DNA of 64,000 bases from Camelus ferus (GCF_009834535.1 NC_045697.1:60204001-60268000), one strand, 5' to 3'; shown: positions 39,136 through 52,998, counted from the first letter of the stretch. Made by a program: numbers and translations. The notes: generated by a model from the letters alone, not told the origin.

Positions 39136-39824
39136 AAATATATTTCTTAATAACCCTGCTTTGAAGACTGTATCCTAGAATACTATATAAAATATGGAGA
39201 TGTAGTTAATGCTTAGAGATATTTGCTTTGTTATCAATCATAATAGTACATCTATTGGGTGGGTTAAATATTCTATAATAGTGAAGTTAGGGTAATTCAA
39301 TATGAAGAGATATTTGAGTCATTAAAAGTATTACTAGTAATTCTTAAAACATTAGATGTCTTTTAAATAAATCATTGGCATGTAAAGAAATGGGTAAAAC
39401 ATGACTTCAACAATCTAATAAATTAATAGGCATGAAGAGTAGTGTGAAAAATAAATCAAAGTCTCTAGCACTTAAAATTTTTTGTATTTGAGTTTTTTAG
39501 TTTTTTATTGCATTTTATAAAATTTGTTCTTATTACATCTAACTTTTCTGAATAAAAAAATTTGAAAAGTGATATAAAACACTTGGCTTATTGTTAAAGA
39601 TGGTTAACAATGCTGTCAGTCTATGCGACATTGTTAGTCAACATCTATGAAATAAGTTTTATTTTATATTTCATTCTTCAAAAAAATTCTTAGGTTTATT
39701 TACTCACTTTTGACAGAATAGCAAACCTTATATGACTAATTCCATTGAACCCTGGTATCAGTACTTTGATAATCTTAAATGTTCCTGAATAATTCTTGTG
39801 TCATTGACAAACTGCATTTCAGAG

Positions 39825-40020
39825 GGTTGTAAAATCATGGGCTCTAGAATCAGACTTAAAAGTATGAGTTCCAGTAAGATTTGTGGCTTTGAACAAGTTA
39901 CTGAAACTTTCTATCATTTGTAAAATGGAGAGTATAAAAAGAATGACAAATTAATGAATATACCTGAACCATTTGGAACAGTAACTGGAAGAAATGTTTC
40001 CAATAAATATACTTATTATT
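39825..40020 (+). mobile_element. MIR SINE
   Basis: 'ggctctagaatcagac...catttgtaaaatggag'. Confidence 0.7.
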
Positions 40021-41539
40021 TTTCTATATCAGTTATTATAAAAAGATATTAGATAACAGAAAACACTTTTAAATATCAATATCTGTATCTATACAAATTT
40101 ATCTGTCTCTGTCAATCTCTAAGTTGACATCTTAAATATAATAAATGTTATATAAAATATCACGTTATGATTTATTATTACTACTGCTGCTACTACTACT
40201 AGTAGTATTGTTATAATTTTTTGACTTTACATTCAAAATTAATTATGTTCATATAAATGTGTTATGGAATTAATAAAAGACATAACTGCAACTTGAACCA
40301 TGTCTTCTAACTGCAAATTATATATACCTTGTCCACCACAATATAATAACTGATCTGTGAAATCAATTGGCTCTAAAAATTAAAATTTTTGAATATTAAA
40401 AAACCTGTATGAAGCTATGAAAAATAATTGTAGAATATGCTAAAGCTAGAAACAAAGAAGATTCTTTATAAGCAATCTAGTAATATGTTTCTTCAATTGC
40501 AAATGTTTTATAGATTCCAATGTTTTCACTTCCTAGTCCTATATAGGGTTGTGGCAAAGATCCTTTTAGTATTAATTACAAAACTCTGTAACTGATGCTC
40601 AGAAACATTTCTTTGTAATGTGTAAAATTTTGAAAGTCATGAATATTATGAACTAAAATAATGCAAGTTCCTCTAAACTAAGAACATGTGATTGCTAAGC
40701 TACGGTTTGGGCCAGCACTTTTGTTTGTTTTTATAGGACTTGACTGCAGCATTTTTCTTCAGAAAATTATGCTGACATTTGCGAAACTCAGCCAGGGTGA
40801 AGAATTTTCATATGAAATACAGACAGCCAATCACTCTTCTTAGGTTAGCATACTAGAAATTTCAAAGGTAAATTTCACATCAAAGAATTCAAGTACATCT
40901 CTGATTCTGTGACACGGTCTGTGCAAGGCACGATCAGTTTACTCCATTTTCTCAGTAACTTACCCTACTAAAAGTTATGTTGTGGCTGGTTATTCATTCT
41001 ACATTGCCTGTCTTCATGATATCATGTATTGGGAGGCGGAGATAGGGTGAACAGGAGTTTGAGCAGTTTAATTTCTTATAAACATTATAATCTCATCAAC
41101 AATATTTATTTTCTTTCATGTGGAAAGTACTCCCCTAATGTATAAAACCAGTGTTCATGGCACAATCCATCCCCTTTGAGATCCATCATTTGACTTGAAG
41201 ACACACAGACAACATTTGACAAGTTAAATTTATATCTTAACGATAGTAGTACAAGATAGTTAGTGATTTGCTTCATATATTTGTCTATGTGTGAGATATG
41301 AGATACTGTATGCCATATATGAGAATGCAAATAAAGTATAAATTTTATATACATATATGTGTATATATATATATATACACACACAGACATCTATATGTGT
41401 CTAGTTTGGTTCATTTCAATTTAACTCAGCATTTATTGACTACCAAATATATATTAGATATTTGTTAAGTGTAGATGTGTATTGAGGTGAGGAAAGGTGA
41501 CAATGATGAGTAAATCAAAGCAGCTCACTGAAATTGTTA

Positions 41540-41697
41540 GGTAGATGGATGGATGAATAGATGGATAGATAGATAGGTAGGTGGATAGACAGATAATGTG
41601 GATAGGTGAGTGGAGGGAAGGAAGGAAGCAAGGAGGGAAACAAGGAAGGAAGCAAGGAAGTAAGGAGGAAAAAAAGCATGGGAGAAAAGAAGGAAAG
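41540..41697. repeat. Degenerate (GGAT)/(GATA)/(GGAA) purine-rich low-complexity tract
   Basis: Directly visible. Confidence 0.9.
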
Positions 41698-42981
41698 ACA
41701 AGTCTCCATTAGTTTCTTGAACTTGCTAAAATAGAATTTGTTTGAATTCTTGAGCAAGGAATTTGCATATGTTTCACGAAGTTGTTATTTCATTAGCATT
41801 GTATATATTTCATTTACAGTCAACCTTTTCAATGTAAATACTCTCAGAAAAGGAAAAAATGGTGAAGTATGTCTCCAGCAGGTGTTAACAGACCTTTTTT
41901 TTTTTTAATTTAGCTGTTCCTTTATGAACCTTTTAATGAAGTGTCTGAGCTGGAATTAATCTTTGAAATGACATGAGAACCATTTTTATATAATAAGTAC
42001 AACTGGCTTTGTCATCAAAAAATAGTTGTCTAATCTGCACTGCTATATGGTTTGGATTTCATGTAAGGAATGATAAACCATATTTTCCATCTTTTATTTT
42101 ATATTCAATTTTATTTTTTATATTCAATTTTAAATGACTGTTCTTTGATATAAACAGAGGCAGTAAAATACATTTAGACTTAAATCTTCAATTGAGAGCA
42201 TATGTGGCTTTAGGAAACTTATCTTTCCTTTTCTTGTGTAACTTTATCTAAAAAATAAAGAAAAAATCTCTTATCTACTCAATTAGTAAACTGGTTGAAT
42301 TAATGTCTATAAATAAGTGTTAAATATTGTGCATATTTTGTTCAGTCTTTTCAAGTTCATACCAAGACCATATTATGTATGCAATATGTAAACTATGAGT
42401 CACATTTTCTTTGACTTCCTCTTGCTTTCAACAGTGTGTATGAATTTCTTCAAGGTGCTGCTTGACAATGTGAGGACAGAGTATTTTAGCCAAATACCTG
42501 TGGAGAGGGTAATGATGTCTCGTGCCTTCAAGATGGTGCCAACAAGCTTATCATCCATCTTAATTTCTCATGGCATGTTTATCTACTTAATTCACTGTGG
42601 CATGAAGGAGAGATGAAGACTGTATGACTGTATGCTTTAGATGAGCTTGACAATATGCAATATCCTTTGCATCTCATTAGACCTGTGTATTAATAAAAAA
42701 AGAGAGGCAGGAAGAAAGAGAAAAAAACTCTGTCATTTAAATAGCCATTTGCTAGTTTTCTTTACAAACCATGACAGCAAACTAAGATTTCAAGAGGCCT
42801 GTGTACCCATAATCATAGGTCAGAAAGCATCTGCTACGTGAATATTCTCTTGCCCTTTTAAAACAAAATTTTATATAAACTTGTTAATATTATTTTCACA
42901 ACTCCTCTTCTAAATCTGTGCCAAGCAATACTTCTGTGGGGAATTAAAGTACAATAGCCATTAAAATATGGAGTAGAAGTG

Positions 42982-43504
42982 TGCAACTGAGCAGGATCCT
43001 GTGGAGCCTTCCCCGAGACAAACCTCCCTCCTCCCACGTACCCTGCTTCTTGTTCGTAGACAAGCTTTAACCTCCTAGACCTTCTCTGAGTTCCAAAAAG
43101 CAAGTGTAAGAGAAGAGAGAAAATGCAGAAACAAAAGAGTCAAGCAAGACAAAACAATAACACTAACTGCGTGATGATCATGAGCACATTCCCCCCCACC
43201 CCCGGACTGACTAGAGCCTAAGGGTTGATAATGCAGACCCCTAGACCTCACCTGGTTACCTCACCACCCACTGATCAGGAAATTGTGCACAAGCGGCTCA
43301 CATACCCCACCACCTTCTCCCTCACTTTGTCTTTAAACACACTTCTCTGAAAGCCATCAGGAAGTTTGGATCTTTTGAGCATGAGCTGCCTGTTTCCCTT
43401 GCTTGGCCCTGAAGTGAACACTATTTTCCTTTGCCACAACCTGATGTCAGTAGATTGGCTTTGCTGTGTGGCAGGCAAGAGGACCCAAGTTTGGTTCAAT
43501 AACA
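42982..43504 (+). mobile_element. ERV1-class solo LTR, same family as 51924-52542
   Basis: Begins TGCAACTGAGCAGG, ends GGACCCAAGTTTGGTTCAATAACA; homologous to the reverse complement of 51924-52542; TSD degraded. Confidence 0.92.
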
Positions 43505-44289
43505 AAAGCCTGCAAATATTTTGAGTTGTACTTTTATTCAAACTGAAGACTAAATCATACTTATTCTTCACTTAGAGAAAAGAATGTATGCCATTTTTGG
43601 ATGTCGGGTCCTAAAACACCCAGAATTACGACAGTATCTATATTAATTACTTAGTTTCAGGAATAATGCAAGTAATTATATTCTCCAAAATAGAATATTA
43701 TAAAACATATAGATTTATTTTAATAAAATTAATTGGAAGTTCATGCATGTTTTATCTAAAATCAACTTCCTAGTAATTTTGGTTTTGTGGATGGTAAATT
43801 TATATTTAGTGTAGTATAATATTTTTAAGCTCTCCATGTGTCATAGATGTTTATGTAATTTTACTGTGCTGTAATTTATGTGTGGGAGGTTTCTGAATGG
43901 ATGCCCCACCCACATTCTGTGGCACAGGACTTATTTCTTCCTATCTGTACACACTCAACAGAGCAGCACTGCCTCCAGAAATAGATGTTCTGCTCTCCAA
44001 AGGATGGTGTTGTCCAAGGTTCATCCTAGACAGGCATAGGATACTTCAGGATACCTTATAGTTGAGTGGTGCTATTTAACCAAACAAAAGAATTTTAACT
44101 TCTATCTGGCTTTCAATCACTGACTTTCATATTTTACTTAATTGATTTTTTTATATATTCCAATTTATTTTCTGCAAAGTAAAATAGAATCATTTACCAT
44201 TTTTTAAACTAATTCTCAACTGTAAGAAACTGAAATTTTTGAGAAGGAGGGTATAAAGACAGATTTTCTGAGTAGAATGTGCCATACAC

Positions 44290-44535
44290 CAGCATGGTGT
44301 GTAAAAGCTCTGGCCCTGGAATCTGGCAGACCAGGATTATAATTCTCTTTGCTAGCTGTATGACCCAGTAGAAATTACTTGATTTCACTTATACTTAACT
44401 CTTTCATCTATAGCATGAGGATGATAATATTACCTATTTCAAAGGGTTCTTGTGAGAATAAGTGAAATATTTGTGAAAAATTTGTTTCTCTCTGTGCTCA
44501 GCATAAGTTACGTTAAATAAATGGTACCTATTGTT
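44290..44535 (+). mobile_element. MIR SINE (near full length)
   Basis: 'gctagctgtatgaccc...ctttcatctatagcatgaggatgataatattacctatttcaaagggttcttgtgagaataagtga'. Confidence 0.85.
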
Positions 44536-46333
44536 ACCAATTAAGCCCCTGTTGTTTTCCAAAGATTGTTTCTAAGGGCAGTTTAATGACTCTCAACTGC
44601 AGTTTTGTTTGTTTGTTTTTAACTAGTTTTGAACAGTCACAAAAATGGAAATTCTTTTATATTAATGTTTTAAATATGAGAGCTGTACAGAGAAATACTA
44701 AAATTTCTTATCTTGGTAAACTATAAAATGTCCATGTACTATAAAATGTCCTCCACATGCCTTTCTATATGTCAATAATATATATTCAATTTATATATCA
44801 ATATCATGTAAATAGCAAAAGATAATGTAATTTAAAAAAACATAGCTCAAGTTTCATGAGACATTGACTATATAAATTTACACCTACTTAATCATTAAAA
44901 GTATGTCTAACACTTTGCATTATTCTCATTAAGTGGAATAGTGGATTGGTGATATTATCAGTGTATTTGTCAGCGATTGGAGAAGAATTGCTTATCTACT
45001 TCTGGGCTGTATTTTGGAGCCAAATGGTCTAAATTAGCATTGTCATAGCATTCTAGCATTAGACTTGGATAAATTAGTTGTCTCTCCTGGTTGCCTAATT
45101 TGTGTGACTGATTTTGTACATAAACAAAAGTAGTTTAAATTGCCAGCATCAAAGCAGTATTCTAAACAAATTTACTTCTTCAGTTGCAGAGGGCAGTTTT
45201 ATGATATATGAGTTTCCATCAAAATATTTGTAAATTAAATGGGCCTTACAAACTACTTATAATATCCCAAACCACTACTGATGAAATGCTAAAACCATTT
45301 TATTACTGAAATAAGATCCCGAATTAGAAAATTGTTTAAAATATATTTTTTCTTTTTTTGGAAGACAAATCATACATTTAGAATGCAGACTTTCATTTTC
45401 TAACTCTACCTGAAAAACTATACTGATTTCCTAGCTTGTTTAAAAAAACAGTAAAACAGATGTTTCTTCTGTAGCCACCATTCCTGAAAGTATATTTGAA
45501 CATAATTTTCTTTGATAATAAAAAATATATATATACAAAGAGGTTGAAAGATGTGTTTTAACACTGCAGTTAATAGGTGTATGTTTGTAGTATATTGATC
45601 CTTATATTTTGAAACACAGCCTCTTCATATGGAACAAGTAAATACATTTTTATTTTTCAATGTTGAATATTAGCAACATTATGAGATTTATTTCATATAT
45701 GAAGCAACACACCAATTAAAATATAATTCCAGAGATGTTATAGTTAGTATCTAATTCCACTTTGTGAAAATTTGAATTGAAATGGAAAATAGATTGTTAA
45801 AAACAAACTGTAGATTGCTTTATAGAGGACAAGATAAACTTGAAGGATGACGAATGAATTGATATTGTTTTCAATAACTCAGATTCATTATTCTGAATAT
45901 GTAGTACATTTATAATATTCTATTAAACAATTGAATTTAACATTAATTTCTTCCCTCTGGTTGCATGTTCATGTCATGAATAGCAATGATTTCAAAAATT
46001 ATAAGAGAGGTATTTATAAAACACTGAACTGCTAGGGAAATGATCCATTCTTCATATTGATAGTATTATATCCTACACCTCCCACTGATAATATAAAAAT
46101 AATTCACCAGGATTAATGTTAGTACAATGAGCCAAGAAGCAAGAGTGATTTGTTACTTATTATTTACTGTTACCATTTAGGAATACTACAGTCCAGTACT
46201 ATTAAAAGTATTAATACTCATAACTTGAATGAATTGAAATATAATTTTGAAAGAATAAGTATAAACTAAATAGTAAGTACTCTCTATGTGATGGTTATAT
46301 GTTTTTCTTTCTTTTACACTTGTGGTAAATTTA

Positions 46334-46481
46334 AACACTTTATTTTGAGTATGTGTTTGTTTTTAGGGGGCAGTAATTAGGTTTATTTACTTAATCATTT
46401 TAATGGAGGTACTGGGGATTGAACCAGGACCTCTTGCATACTAAGCATGTGCTCTACCACTGAGCTATACCTTCCCTCAGC
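46334..46481 (-). mobile_element. tRNA-Ala-derived camelid SINE (Vic-1-like) with perfect 17-bp TSD
   Basis: Reverse complement gives 'tagctcagtggtagagcacatgcttagtatgcaagaggtcctggttcaatccccagtacc'; TSD cacttgtggtaaattta at 46317-46333 and 46482-46498. Confidence 0.95.
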
Positions 46482-46511
46482 CACTTGTGGTAAATTTATT
46501 ATTTAAAAAAA

Positions 46512-46815
46512 ATTTTTTTAAGTTATTGAAGTATAGTCAGTTTACAATGTATATCAGTTTCTGGTTACAGAATAATAGTTCAGTCATACATATACACATA
46601 TATTCTTTTTCATATTCTCTTTCAATATAGGTCCCTACAAGACATTTGGTATAGTTCCCTGTGCTATGCAGTATAAACTTATTGTTTATCTATTTTATAT
46701 ATAGTAGTCAGCATCTGCAAGTCTCAAACTCCCAATTTGTCCATTCCCACCTCCTTCCCACAATAACCATAAGTTTGTTTTCTGTGTCTGTTTCTGTTTT
46801 GTAAATAAGTTCATA
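46512..46815 (-). mobile_element. L1 3'UTR fragment
   Basis: 'ttattgaagtatagtcagtttacaatg...atagttccctgtgctatgcag...taaccataagtttgttttct'. Confidence 0.92.
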
Positions 46816-47107
46816 TTTAATGGTAGCTTTCAACCTGATTGGTCAGACAAGAGATGACTTGTGTGTATTCTTAGAAGAGTCGCTGAATATGTAGCAGGCC
46901 TCTTCTAAAAAACAGCTTACAGATGTGGTTGAACCTAGAAATTCATCAAGCTGTCTACATTTCATACCAGTTTGTTCTCTAGTCTTTTTTCTGAAGAGTG
47001 ATGCATAATATCTTATTAGAAATTCTTGGTAGCAGGTGTATTTAAGAATTTATAATATCCCATAATTATAATATATGTGTAATAAAATTCATTAGCATAT
47101 ATAACAT

Positions 47108-48035
47108 ACTCTAGTTCATAAATTTGTGGTCTGCAGGATATGCAGTGGCAATTCCGAAACTATTATGTATATACAAGAATAAGTGAATACATAAATGTAT
47201 TGCAAATAATGTGAACTATGAGACTGTGGAGAAAAGTCATAAATATAAGTATTACTTAAAATACTTTTCACTATTTACAATATTATAAGTAATGAAAGGA
47301 GGAAGGCTATAATAATCCCTGTGATGCTGAATTAGAATCAGAAATATTAGCACAACAGACACATAGATACATATATTTTAAATAATAAATATATAAAAAT
47401 TAAATTGTATAGATTGATAGACATAGAAATATGGGTGTGTGCATATGCAGTTTTGTGTGTACATATGTATATGTATATATACAATATATACATATATACA
47501 CACTACACACTCATACACATATATTTCAATGCTAAAGCCACAGAAAAGGCCTTGGACCAATGATATAGCAAAGAGCACAACCAATGTCCAGATCATGTTT
47601 TCTAAGTACCATTCTCCAGGAAAAAGAACCAGAGCTATTTAAAGAAGTATTTGATTCCAGAGCTATTTTAGTGAAAATACAAAAGATAAGAATATTTTGT
47701 GGTGCCAGAAACACAGAATTGTTCCAGAAAGAGTGAGATCATGTCAAAAGGACAAAGGAACTAATATGAAGAACCTCCTGAAGGCCAAGCTGGAATAATT
47801 TAAGCAACAAAATAAATAATGCTAGTATTGAATTATAATCACTAGAACAAATATCCATGAGTTCATATTTACATAAAATAATAACTGAATAATAAATAAA
47901 TATGGGGGAGGTCATAGCTCAGTGGTAGAGCTGCTGCTTAGCATGCATGAGGTCCTGGGTTCAATCCCTAGTACCTTCGTTAAAAAAATAAATAAAAATA
48001 AACCTAATTATCTCCCCCCAAATTAAATTAATACA

Positions 48036-48066
<31 letters not shown>

Positions 48067-48600
48067 GGAAGGGAAGGGACAGCTCTCCATTAGAAAAGAA
48101 TTCAAATGAAAAATGTACAAGGAATGAGGCAAACATAAAATCACTATTAAGCAAATACCAGATTAATAATTACTGCAGGCATGCTCCAACCACAGATGAT
48201 AAAATTGTAAGCAAAATTTAAAAATAGGATACTTGCATCATTTTAATTCATCTCTCCTGAGGCATTTTTAATAAAAAAATGAATAATAGCAACATTACAA
48301 TGGAGAAACCCTGCAGACAACAACTTTATGAAGTTTTCAAGGTTGGTATCACCTGTAATACTTATGTCAAGATCATGGCCCATCTGTTACGTTGCACTGA
48401 AAAGGACATACCATAACTTCTGCTGTATTTTTGTCAAAAGTACAGAACTTTAATCTAATCAGACAATATCAGACAAATCCAGAGAGACATTCTTCAAATA
48501 ATTTATTAGTCCTCTTCAAAAATACAAGGATCATGAAAGGCCAGGAATAACTGGGAACAGTCACAGATTGGAGAAGACTAAGGAGATACAACTGAAAAAT
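47108..48600 (+). mobile_element. Old L1MC/L1MD-type long 3' region, interrupted by a SINE
   Basis: 'gtccagatcatgttttctaagtaccattctcc', 'ggccaagctggaataatttaagcaacaaaataaataatg', 'gtcacagattggagaagactaaggagatac'. Confidence 0.85.
47904..48062 (+). mobile_element. tRNA-Ala-derived camelid SINE (Vic-1-like) with (ATAC)8 tail
   Basis: Pol III A box TAGCTCAGTGG 47915-47925 and B box GGTTCAATCCC 47958-47968; head resembles tRNA-Ala(AGC); tail 'aaacctaattatctcccccc'. Confidence 0.95.
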
Positions 48601-50107
48601 TACTTCATGAAAGAAATTCTTCACCATTTGAGGAGTTACTTTGTAAACCAACCGAAGTGGAAAACAATGATACTGAATTTTTGTAAATGAATCCTTTGAA
48701 TATCAATTGTATTTTGTTCAAAAACATTTGGAAATATTTAATCAAAGTATTCAGCAAATACAGCTGAAGGATAATTCAGTTTCCAGTGCTTTTAGGGAAA
48801 AGTAATTATTGAGAGTCATGCAAACAGGCAGATATTATAATGTATCTGTGAAAAGCAAGGGAGCTAAACAAATGCAATAGAGAACTCAAAAAGTATACAG
48901 GATTTAACTCAAAATTACAAAATTGCAGTTTGAAATGTCTCAGCTTCTGGTAAGAATATTTTGATGGAATTTATATTTCTAAATGGATAAATTTGTATTC
49001 TGTGATAGAATTGAATGAAATTGAGAAAGCTTATTAATGCTGCATCTAAATTGAGCAAAATAGAAATAGTTACAGAGAAAATGAATTTATAAGATTTGTC
49101 TCACAAGAATGCTTGTTAAAGAAAGGTACTTTGAATGGAGGCCAAAGGTGAACATCTATGAAAATAAATAATTGGACTGAAACATTTACACCTTTAAATA
49201 CAAAAATACTAGAATTAAGTATATCTTTAATTTCACAGGGTATACTCTGAGCTTACTCACCTCAATAGCTGTAGAGTATCTATCAGTTAAAACTATTACT
49301 GTCAGTAGAGAAAATTTAGTTAATGATGTCTATAATACCAAATTTAGTAACCATAAAATTCAACTTTGAGTAAGACTGTAGGCAATTATATGAAATAAAT
49401 ACGAACATATTGAAAAATTACCCTTCGGAGAAAGTATGGTGTTGGCAAGATGGTATTGGGGATAGATACAACTAAGAAATTTAGTAAATGACTATGCTCC
49501 AAAATTATTATACTCCATTATGTTATTTTTAATGTTTGATTAGTAAATATATGTTTCCTTTAATGTACACATTATTTTAATTATAAAGAATTTTGTTTGT
49601 TAAAATTGTGTTTGAATAAATTATGAATTTATTACTCATTACAAAACTCTTCCAAAAAATGTAACATTTTAAAGAATTTTTAACTCCCTTTCACTCACAA
49701 AAGTGTCTCTGTTGGATGACATAGAGTATGTTTCATTAAAAAATTTGTTTAATAGTTACAGTAGTAATTCACTTAGTACAAATATATAATCCAAATAAGA
49801 AAGTAGCCATGGGTAAAGTTTTAGAGCTCTGACGTAAGCAAGAAAGATTCCTCCTGCCATGCAAGGACTATGAGCAAGTGTAAGATGATCAGAAAGGCTC
49901 AGTGAGAAAAACACAATGTATCCTGGAAGCTGAGAGTGCTTCAGCGATGTGAAGAAAAGAGAAAGAGTGTTTGGGGCAAAAAAACCAAACATCGATCAGC
50001 AATCCCCAGAGACTAAACCTTCAGAAGACGATGCCTTTGGGTATTGTGATTGAGAGGGACAGTGGCACATGATAAAGGTGTAGAAGTGGGCAGTGAACAT
50101 AGAGATC

Positions 50108-50500
50108 TGTTGTCCTAATCCTGTATCCTGGGAAACAGGCCCTGTGACAGAGACGTTCACATAAGAATATTTTTAAAGAAGTGCTCTCGTCTGTAAGAGA
50201 GTGAGAGAAACACAACTGAGCATTAAGAAAAATTGAGTTGGCATGTGTTAGGTGCCTGTCACATATCATAGATTATATACCTCATAGGTTGTGTGTACCA
50301 TATACAAACGGTTGTATAGTTAGAGGAAGAGAGAACGGGAGTATTATGCTCTGGCTTTTATGTGCTTTGGTGAAAAGCACGAGTCACTTCTGTGCACAGC
50401 TCATTGGTAGAGCAGTTCTTTGGCCCTGCTTAATTACATCAGGCCTGGAAAATGTGTAAGAAACAGATGGGATGTTTGGTGAAGTTATCCCCTCTGCTAC
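50108..50500 (-). mobile_element. LTR16/33-like fragment followed by MLT1J-like fragment
   Basis: 'cctgggaaacaggccctgtgacagag...aagtgctctc'; 'gtcacttctgtgcacagctcattggtagagcag...ctgctaca'. Confidence 0.6.
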
Positions 50501-51444
50501 AGGAAATAAAGGAAGTATTCCAAATAAGTAATGTCTGTCTACATCACCTATTATAGACTAATCAAAATATCAATAATATTTTTATGTGCTATAACATGTG
50601 AGATTAACATAAAAAAATCACACATAGAAGTAGAGAATCAATACATATTTGTTGAATCAAATAAATGTATAAATTTCAATGTGTTTTCATTTTTTTCAAT
50701 TTTTATTCATAATGCATTTCAAATTTTCTCCAAATGTGTCCTCCTTGGGAAGTTTTTCTCCCCCAAAATTGAATTTAATTGAAATGTAAGCCTGATTGTT
50801 TCAGCACTGCATAGTTAATAAATGTCTGAATACTTTGTTAGAAGGGAAGTTATGAATAGATACATTTTTTTTATGCAGGATGATCATCTCATCTAAGAAA
50901 TATATCCTGTGTGGATCTATTCCTTTTTATTGTACTCAGCCTGCGTGAGCTGCCCTATTTATTTCAAACATGTCTATTTCAGAGACAGAATGTTACCACC
51001 AGCTTTCTTTACCATCCTCTAGGCTTTACCCAGAGGTAAACTAGGGTCAGATTTTAACTGACTACCATGTGGCTTGTTCTGATCAATTGATTGCAATGGC
51101 ATTTATTCTGAGGCCCTGAAATATCAACTCATATAGCTAAATAACAGGACCCTGAGTAAAGACTGGAAGACTGTGCATTTGTAATAAAAAACAAGGTATT
51201 TCCTGAAAGTTACATGTTGTTGTGTTATTTGCTTCTTTAAGTACAAGCACCATTGATTAAGGCTAATAAATTAGCATTCAGTTTTCCTAAGGGAATATGG
51301 AATGGGGTGTGGCTGGGAGGGAACATAAGGGAGATTTGAGGAATTGGGTTAAGATATTTCTGGCATTAAACATTCTGGCATTAAAAAAGAAAAGACTTGT
51401 CACATCTAGAGACATTTTGCTATACTCTGAGGTGGGATACTAGA

Positions 51445-51625
51445 TGGTAGCTCAGAGATATAATTGAGAGGAAACATGAAGGAAATTTCTTGGGAGATGA
51501 AACATTTTACATCTTACTTGGCGTGATGATTGCTTGGGTGTACACACTGGCAAAAACTCATCAGTTGAATGCATCAGGTCTGTGCATTTCATCCTGTGTA
51601 AATTTTTTTCTCAGTAACAAAATAC
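51445..51625 (+). mobile_element. Old L1 3' end
   Basis: 'aaaactcatcagttgaatgcatcaggtctgtgcatttcatcctgtgtaaatt'. Confidence 0.75.
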
Positions 51626-51923
51626 GATTTAGGCTCCTTGGAAACTCCAGAAATTAAGCTACTGTCAAAAACTTGAAAGATGTGATAGTGATTCCTATGT
51701 CATTTCTGTTTAATTCGCCAGCAGAATAAGTGCAAATCTGAAGATACTGGAAAGTATCAGAAGTAACAATTATAATCAAAATTGGCGTTTTTGCTAAGCA
51801 AATTATTCCAGTCCCTAGCATCTAGTATTCAGTTATTCCAAAGCAAAATGATGTAGTTCCTAGCCCATGAAATTCATATATTCTTCTGGAAATAGACTTC
51901 TTTTTTCCAACCCCCTCTGGTAA

Positions 51924-52542
51924 TGTTAGCTAACCAAACTTGGGTCCACTTGCCTGTGCACAGTAAAGCCAATCTACTGACATTGGGTGGTGGTGAAGGA
52001 AAGTGCAGCGTTTATTGCAGGGCCCAAGCAAGGAGTGCAGATAGCTAGTGTTCAAAAGACTAGCTCCCTGAAAGCTTTCAGGGAAAGATTTTTAAAGACA
52101 GGATGAGGGAGTAGGGTTGTGGCTGCGTGATCAGCTTGTGGGCATTCATCTGATTGGTTTATAATGAGGTAATTGGGAGTCAACATCATCAACCTTCTGG
52201 TTCCAACCAGTCTGGGGTGTACATGCTTGAAGGTGGCATGCAATTAACTTCTTCCATATGGTGGGGGTTTCAGATTCCGCAAAATGGTTGAAGGGACAAG
52301 GCTCAGAATGTAGGCCCTTGAGGAGGAAGAAAAGATCTTTGACTATGTTTAATGGCTAAACTAATATTATTTTGTCTTGCTTGACTGTTTTCCTCTCTTT
52401 TTGCATTTTCTCACTTCTCTGATTAAATGTACTCTTTGGAACTTGGGAAAGGCCTAGATGATTAAAGTTTTTCTACAGACAAGAGGCAGGCAGGCGGAGG
52501 ACAAGGTAGGTGGTCTGTCCTGGGAAGGCCTGCTCAGTTACA
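51924..52542 (-). mobile_element. ERV1-class solo LTR, 619 bp, 4-bp TSD
   Basis: TGTTAG...GTTACA ends; TSD GTAA at 51920-51923 and 52543-52546; minus-strand AATAAA at ~52011. Confidence 0.95.
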
Positions 52543-52849
52543 GTAACAATCTACCTCAGAAGGGGTTTGCTTTTGCCTGAAATATGCCTTGCAGCGTCCA
52601 AAATTTACTCACATGGACCTTGACCATATAACTATTCCAAAAAATATTACACTATTTCATGACTTTCAAAATACTAAGCTAGAAAGAGCTATAGCGTAGA
52701 AATTGGTAGGTACACTGAATGTCTTTGTAGTCACACATGTGCAAAGAGGGTTAAAGATAAATTACTTGAACTTACAGAGACCCACTGCACTAATAAATTC
52801 TTATGTTACCCAGTACGCTCTGACCGTTTTGTAATATTCTCTCAAAATT

Positions 52850-52998
52850 TGTTTCGTTTCAATTATTTTGGCTTTATTTTGGAGGAAGGAGATAATTAGG
52901 TTTATATATTTATTTTTAATGGAGGTACTGGGAATTCAACCCAGGACCTCATGCATGCTAGGCATGTACTCTACTACTGAGCTTATAGCTCCCTTCTT
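52850..52998 (-). mobile_element. tRNA-derived camelid SINE (Vic-1-like) with ~10-bp TSD
   Basis: 'gataattaggttta...ggaggtactgggaattcaacccaggacctcatgcatgctaggcatgtactctactactgagct'; TSD tctcaaaatt at 52840-52849 and 52999-53008. Confidence 0.93.

Noticed and set aside
44720..44751. Short local duplications (actataaaatgtcc x2; similar at ~37250, ~42095, ~47629, ~51358)
   Set aside because: Ordinary slippage duplications of 10-20 bp with no shared sequence or pattern.
47904..47977. Possible tRNA-Ala(AGC) gene
   Set aside because: Stems are disrupted, it carries the SINE-specific tail, and two more diverged copies with TSDs occur in the window. It is a SINE.
50800..50820. REST/NRSE-like site (TTCAGCAC)
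   Set aside because: Only the left half-site; the GGACAG half is absent.
42982..52542. A full provirus bounded by the two related LTRs, or a past LTR-mediated inversion
   Set aside because: The LTRs are inverted rather than direct, no matching gag/pol/env lies between them, and the right LTR retains its own intact GTAA TSD.
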